From Octopus sinensis (taxonomy: Eukaryota), in the NCBI RefSeq assembly GCF_006345805.1, contig NW_021835831.1, positions 1 through 38,077 of the forward strand: DNA of 38,077 bases. The letters are read 5' to 3'. The translations under genes and the position numbers were made by a program. This document shows, piece by piece, positions 36,645-38,077 of this stretch (position 1 is its first letter; every line of letters begins with the position of its first letter). The notes beneath the pieces were generated by a model that searched no databases, was not told the origin of the DNA, and saw only the letters and a program-made list of their open reading frames with translations.

Positions 36645-36654
<10 letters not shown>

Positions 36655-36806
36655 ATTAGGGTATCTACGAGATACCCATATATCAACACATGTTTGATAT
36701 ATGTTTGTTTGTTGATATATGGACAATTAAGGTGATTTTAGAGTCAGATCATGGCTACTATTTTCAGCATGGTGGTATCTCGTAGATGCCCAAATTTATA
36801 ATTTTA
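36645..36806. repeat. Small element with ~32 bp terminal inverted repeats next to (TA)n
   Basis: TAAAATTATAATTAGGGTATCTACGAGATACC / GGTATCTCGTAGATGCCCAAATTTATAATTTTA; internal hairpin CATATATCAA/TTGATATATG. Confidence 0.75.
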
Positions 36807-36918
36807 ATAATTATTACCTTTGAAAGTTATTTTTTCCATGCTGACCACTTGATAAAGTCGTTATTTTATTTTTAAATTAATGATCTTATCCTTATTTATA
36901 TATATATATATATATATA

Positions 36919-37240
36919 ATATTAGAAAAAAAACACCTTTTATCAATTCAAAACAAATAATTAAATTACACCATCTAGAAAATTACATATAATTGAAAAG
37001 TTAAAATTAAAATAACAATAAAAAGTAAAGATTAAGTAAATTACAAAAATAATAAAAATGTATATAATAGGTAGAAAAATATTATTACCTATTATATACA
37101 TTTTTATTATTTTTGTAATTTACTTAATCTTTACTTTTTATTGTTATTTTAATTTTAACTTTTCAACAATATGTAATTTTCTAGATGGTGTAATTTAATT
37201 ATTCATTTTGAATTGATAAAAGGTAGTTTTTTTCTAATAT
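36919..37240. repeat. Near-perfect palindrome, ~153 bp arms, ~12 nt spacer
   Basis: Arms meet at AGGTA-GAAAAATATTAT-TACCT; same repeat family as 3395-3600; right arm continues unpaired to ~37320. Confidence 0.92.
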
Positions 37241-37499
37241 TTTATATATATTATATTGTGTGGAATTTGATTTAGTATTTCTAAAGTGAATTCTTTTTCC
37301 TTGTAAGTTTGGATTTTATATATATATATTATTGCATCTGAAGTGAGTTGTTCTCTTTCAGTGTTTTATTATTTGACACACACACCAGTTTGATTGCCAT
37401 TCATTTAGTCATTTATTTTTTTCTAAAGTTTTTCTCTGCGTCTTGCAGCCTTTGCAATAGTCGTTGACTCTGTCTGTTCACCGAGCTGCATTCTTTTTG

Positions 37500-37960
37500 T
37501 TTGTTTGTTTGTTTGTATGCAAGTGTGTGCATCAGTGTGCATGTGTATATACATATGCAGGTATGTATGTGTATATAAATCTGTGTGCATGCATGTATGT
37601 GTGTGTGTATGCATATATATATGCATATGTGTAAGCTTCTATGTTTCTGCATATTAATGTGTTTGTGTGTTTGTATGTGTGTGTGTGTGTGTGTGAATGT
37701 GTATTTGTGTGTGTACATCTGTCTCCTTGTGTGTGCATGTCTGTGTGTATCTATGTGTATGTGTTTGTGTGACTATGTATGTGCGTCTGTTATGTATGGA
37801 TGTGTGTCTCCATATGTGTCCTTGTGTGAGTGTATGAAGTGTACATTTGTATATATGGTCATGTGTTTCACTCTTCATTTCTGTGTGTGTGTGTCTGTCT
37901 GTATTACCTGTGTACCTATCTATCTATTTATCAATCTGTTTACTTACATATACATTTACC
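37500..37960. repeat. Degenerate (TG)n/(TGTA)n low-complexity tract
   Basis: Direct reading; source of the H/T- and C/V-rich ORFs. Confidence 0.9.
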
Positions 37961-38077
37961 TACACACACACATGTCTACATAACAGCCTACTAACAACTC
38001 TACCTGAACATTATGACAATCAAAAACAATCCTCCATACTCTACCAGCATGCCAAGGACAAGTATGGAGGCAACCCG

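Overview
AT-rich, microsatellite-dense eukaryotic DNA with no recognisable host protein-coding gene. The repeat content (tRNA-headed SINEs, abundant R4/Dong-type restriction-like-endonuclease LINEs, RTE LINEs, mariner, (TTAGGG)n) fits an intronic or intergenic region of a coleoid cephalopod, probably Octopus; this is inferred from repeat families, not from a database match. The window is mostly decayed mobile elements: two RTE LINEs (170-3273 -, 14491-16278 +) with a PHD finger inside the RT, at least six R4/Dong fragments mostly in or beside (AAT)n tracts, two L1/Tx1-like fragments, a disrupted DD34D mariner (17558-18805), two ~430 bp MITEs with 8-bp TSDs and internal telomere repeats, Penelope-like remnants and about 20 SINE copies from three families. 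Best second-look signals: three type I hammerhead ribozyme motifs (one with the full catalytic core, 16576-16659), the RT-internal PHD finger, two non-autonomous elements that appear to share the Dong microsatellite target, a six-unit tandem amplification of an RTE 3' UTR built on a candidate pseudoknot repeat, and recurrent fold-back palindromes at AT microsatellites. Many single-base indels suggest noisy long-read consensus, so some frameshifts, tandem units and palindromes may be assembly artefacts. All coordinates were read by eye and are approximate unless a motif is quoted.
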